Assembly: GCA_043228905.1 (NCBI GenBank)
Contig: JBHGNT010000011.1
Location: forward strand, 62,001 to 126,000
DNA from: Azolla caroliniana
Taxonomy: Eukaryota; Plantae; Polypodiophyta
Reading direction: 5' to 3'
DNA length: 64,000 nt
The position numbers and the translations under genes are program-made. Within the stretch, counting starts at the first letter, position 1; every line of letters starts with the position of its first letter. The notes under the pieces are model-generated. The model saw nothing but the letters and a program-made list of their open reading frames with translations. It was not told the DNA's origin and made no database searches. Shown here piece by piece: positions 63,020-64,000 of this stretch.

Positions 63020-63645
63020 TCTGTGCATTCTTCAAGTTAAACCTCCTCTCTTTACTTTTAAGGATATCGCATTTGCAACTTCACTTAACATCAAGTAACA
63101 TGGCCTCTTAAGAGCTTTATTACGATTGTGTTGCATGTGTTTGTGATATAGATCAAATTTTTGTGACTGCTAATTGCAACATGCCTCTATGCACTTCTCA
63201 AGTTAACTCTCCTTTCCTTTACTTAAAAGTATCTCACATTAGCAACTTCTCCTAACATCAAGGACCATGGCCTCTTACGAGCTTTATTGAGGGTGTGGTG
63301 CATTGGATTGAGTTTGTGTCACATATAGACCAAATGTTCATGGCGGCTAATTGCAACAAATCTCTATGCATTTCTCAAGTTAACCCTCCTTCTCTTCACT
63401 TATAAGGATCTCCCATTTGCAACTTCTCCTAACATCAAGTAGTATGGTCTCATATGAGTTTTACTGAGGGTGCATTGAATGAGTTTATGTGATATATATG
63501 TAGATCAAATGTCCATGCCTGCTCATTCTAACATATCTATATGGTCTTCTCAAGTTAACCCTCCATCTCTTTACTTATAAGGATCTTCCATTTGCATTTT
63601 CTCGTAACATCGAGTAGTATGCCCTCTTAAAAGCTTTTTTTGGAT
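63020..63645. repeat. ~170-bp tandem repeat x4 (LESV intron)
   Basis: TCAAGTTAA..CCT..TTACTT..AAGGAT at ~63032, 63198, 63375, 63550. Confidence 0.9.
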
Positions 63646-64000
63646 GATTTTGTGTAATGCATAGATGAAATGCTGGTGCCTACTAATTGCAACATACAGA
63701 AATAAAATTCAACATATTCAGGGAACAGATGTTCACTATTGCCTGATCACTTTGGCAGTGGCATCCACTTCTTCAATTAGCTTTACTTTCCAATACATAA
63801 GAGTTTGGGATGTCCAATTGGACCAACATCAAGGATTTTTCTATTCGCAAAAAATTAGATGGAACACGTCAACATGTTTTTACATGTAAGAGGACCTATC
63901 TAGACTACTTCTATGCTATTTTTGAGAGGAAATAACCAAAGAAACTCTTGAACAAAATGTGCTTTGGTCCCCTTCTATGTAGACTGAAATAGCTAGCTCC

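Overview
Eukaryotic land-plant nuclear DNA, probably from a non-seed plant such as a fern (inferred from the transposon lineages, not proven). Bases 1-42,100 are a deeply nested transposon cluster that resolves by target-site duplications (TSDs). It holds a self-priming Tf1/sushi/Tcn1-type Ty3/gypsy, several Ty1/copia remnants, an Athila-like gypsy with an extra ORF, an RTE/RTEX-like LINE, two non-autonomous LTR elements, four solo LTRs, two hAT-type MITEs and a ~188-bp tandem array. Bases 42,500-64,000 hold two convergent, intron-rich genes for plastid proteins: a type-A DnaJ chaperone (+) and the 3' exons of LESV (-). Three signals stand out. (1) A non-autonomous LTR element (16750-19927) has a tRNA-Arg primer-binding site (PBS) at both internal ends, on opposite strands, and no polypurine tract (PPT), which suggests dual-tRNA priming. 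(2) An LTR family has three insertions that all made 4-bp TSDs centred on CpG (NCGT) inside other retroelements. (3) There is a clear Tf1-like self-priming signature. All calls were made by eye, and tRNA matches rely on recalled plant tRNA 3' ends that need database confirmation.
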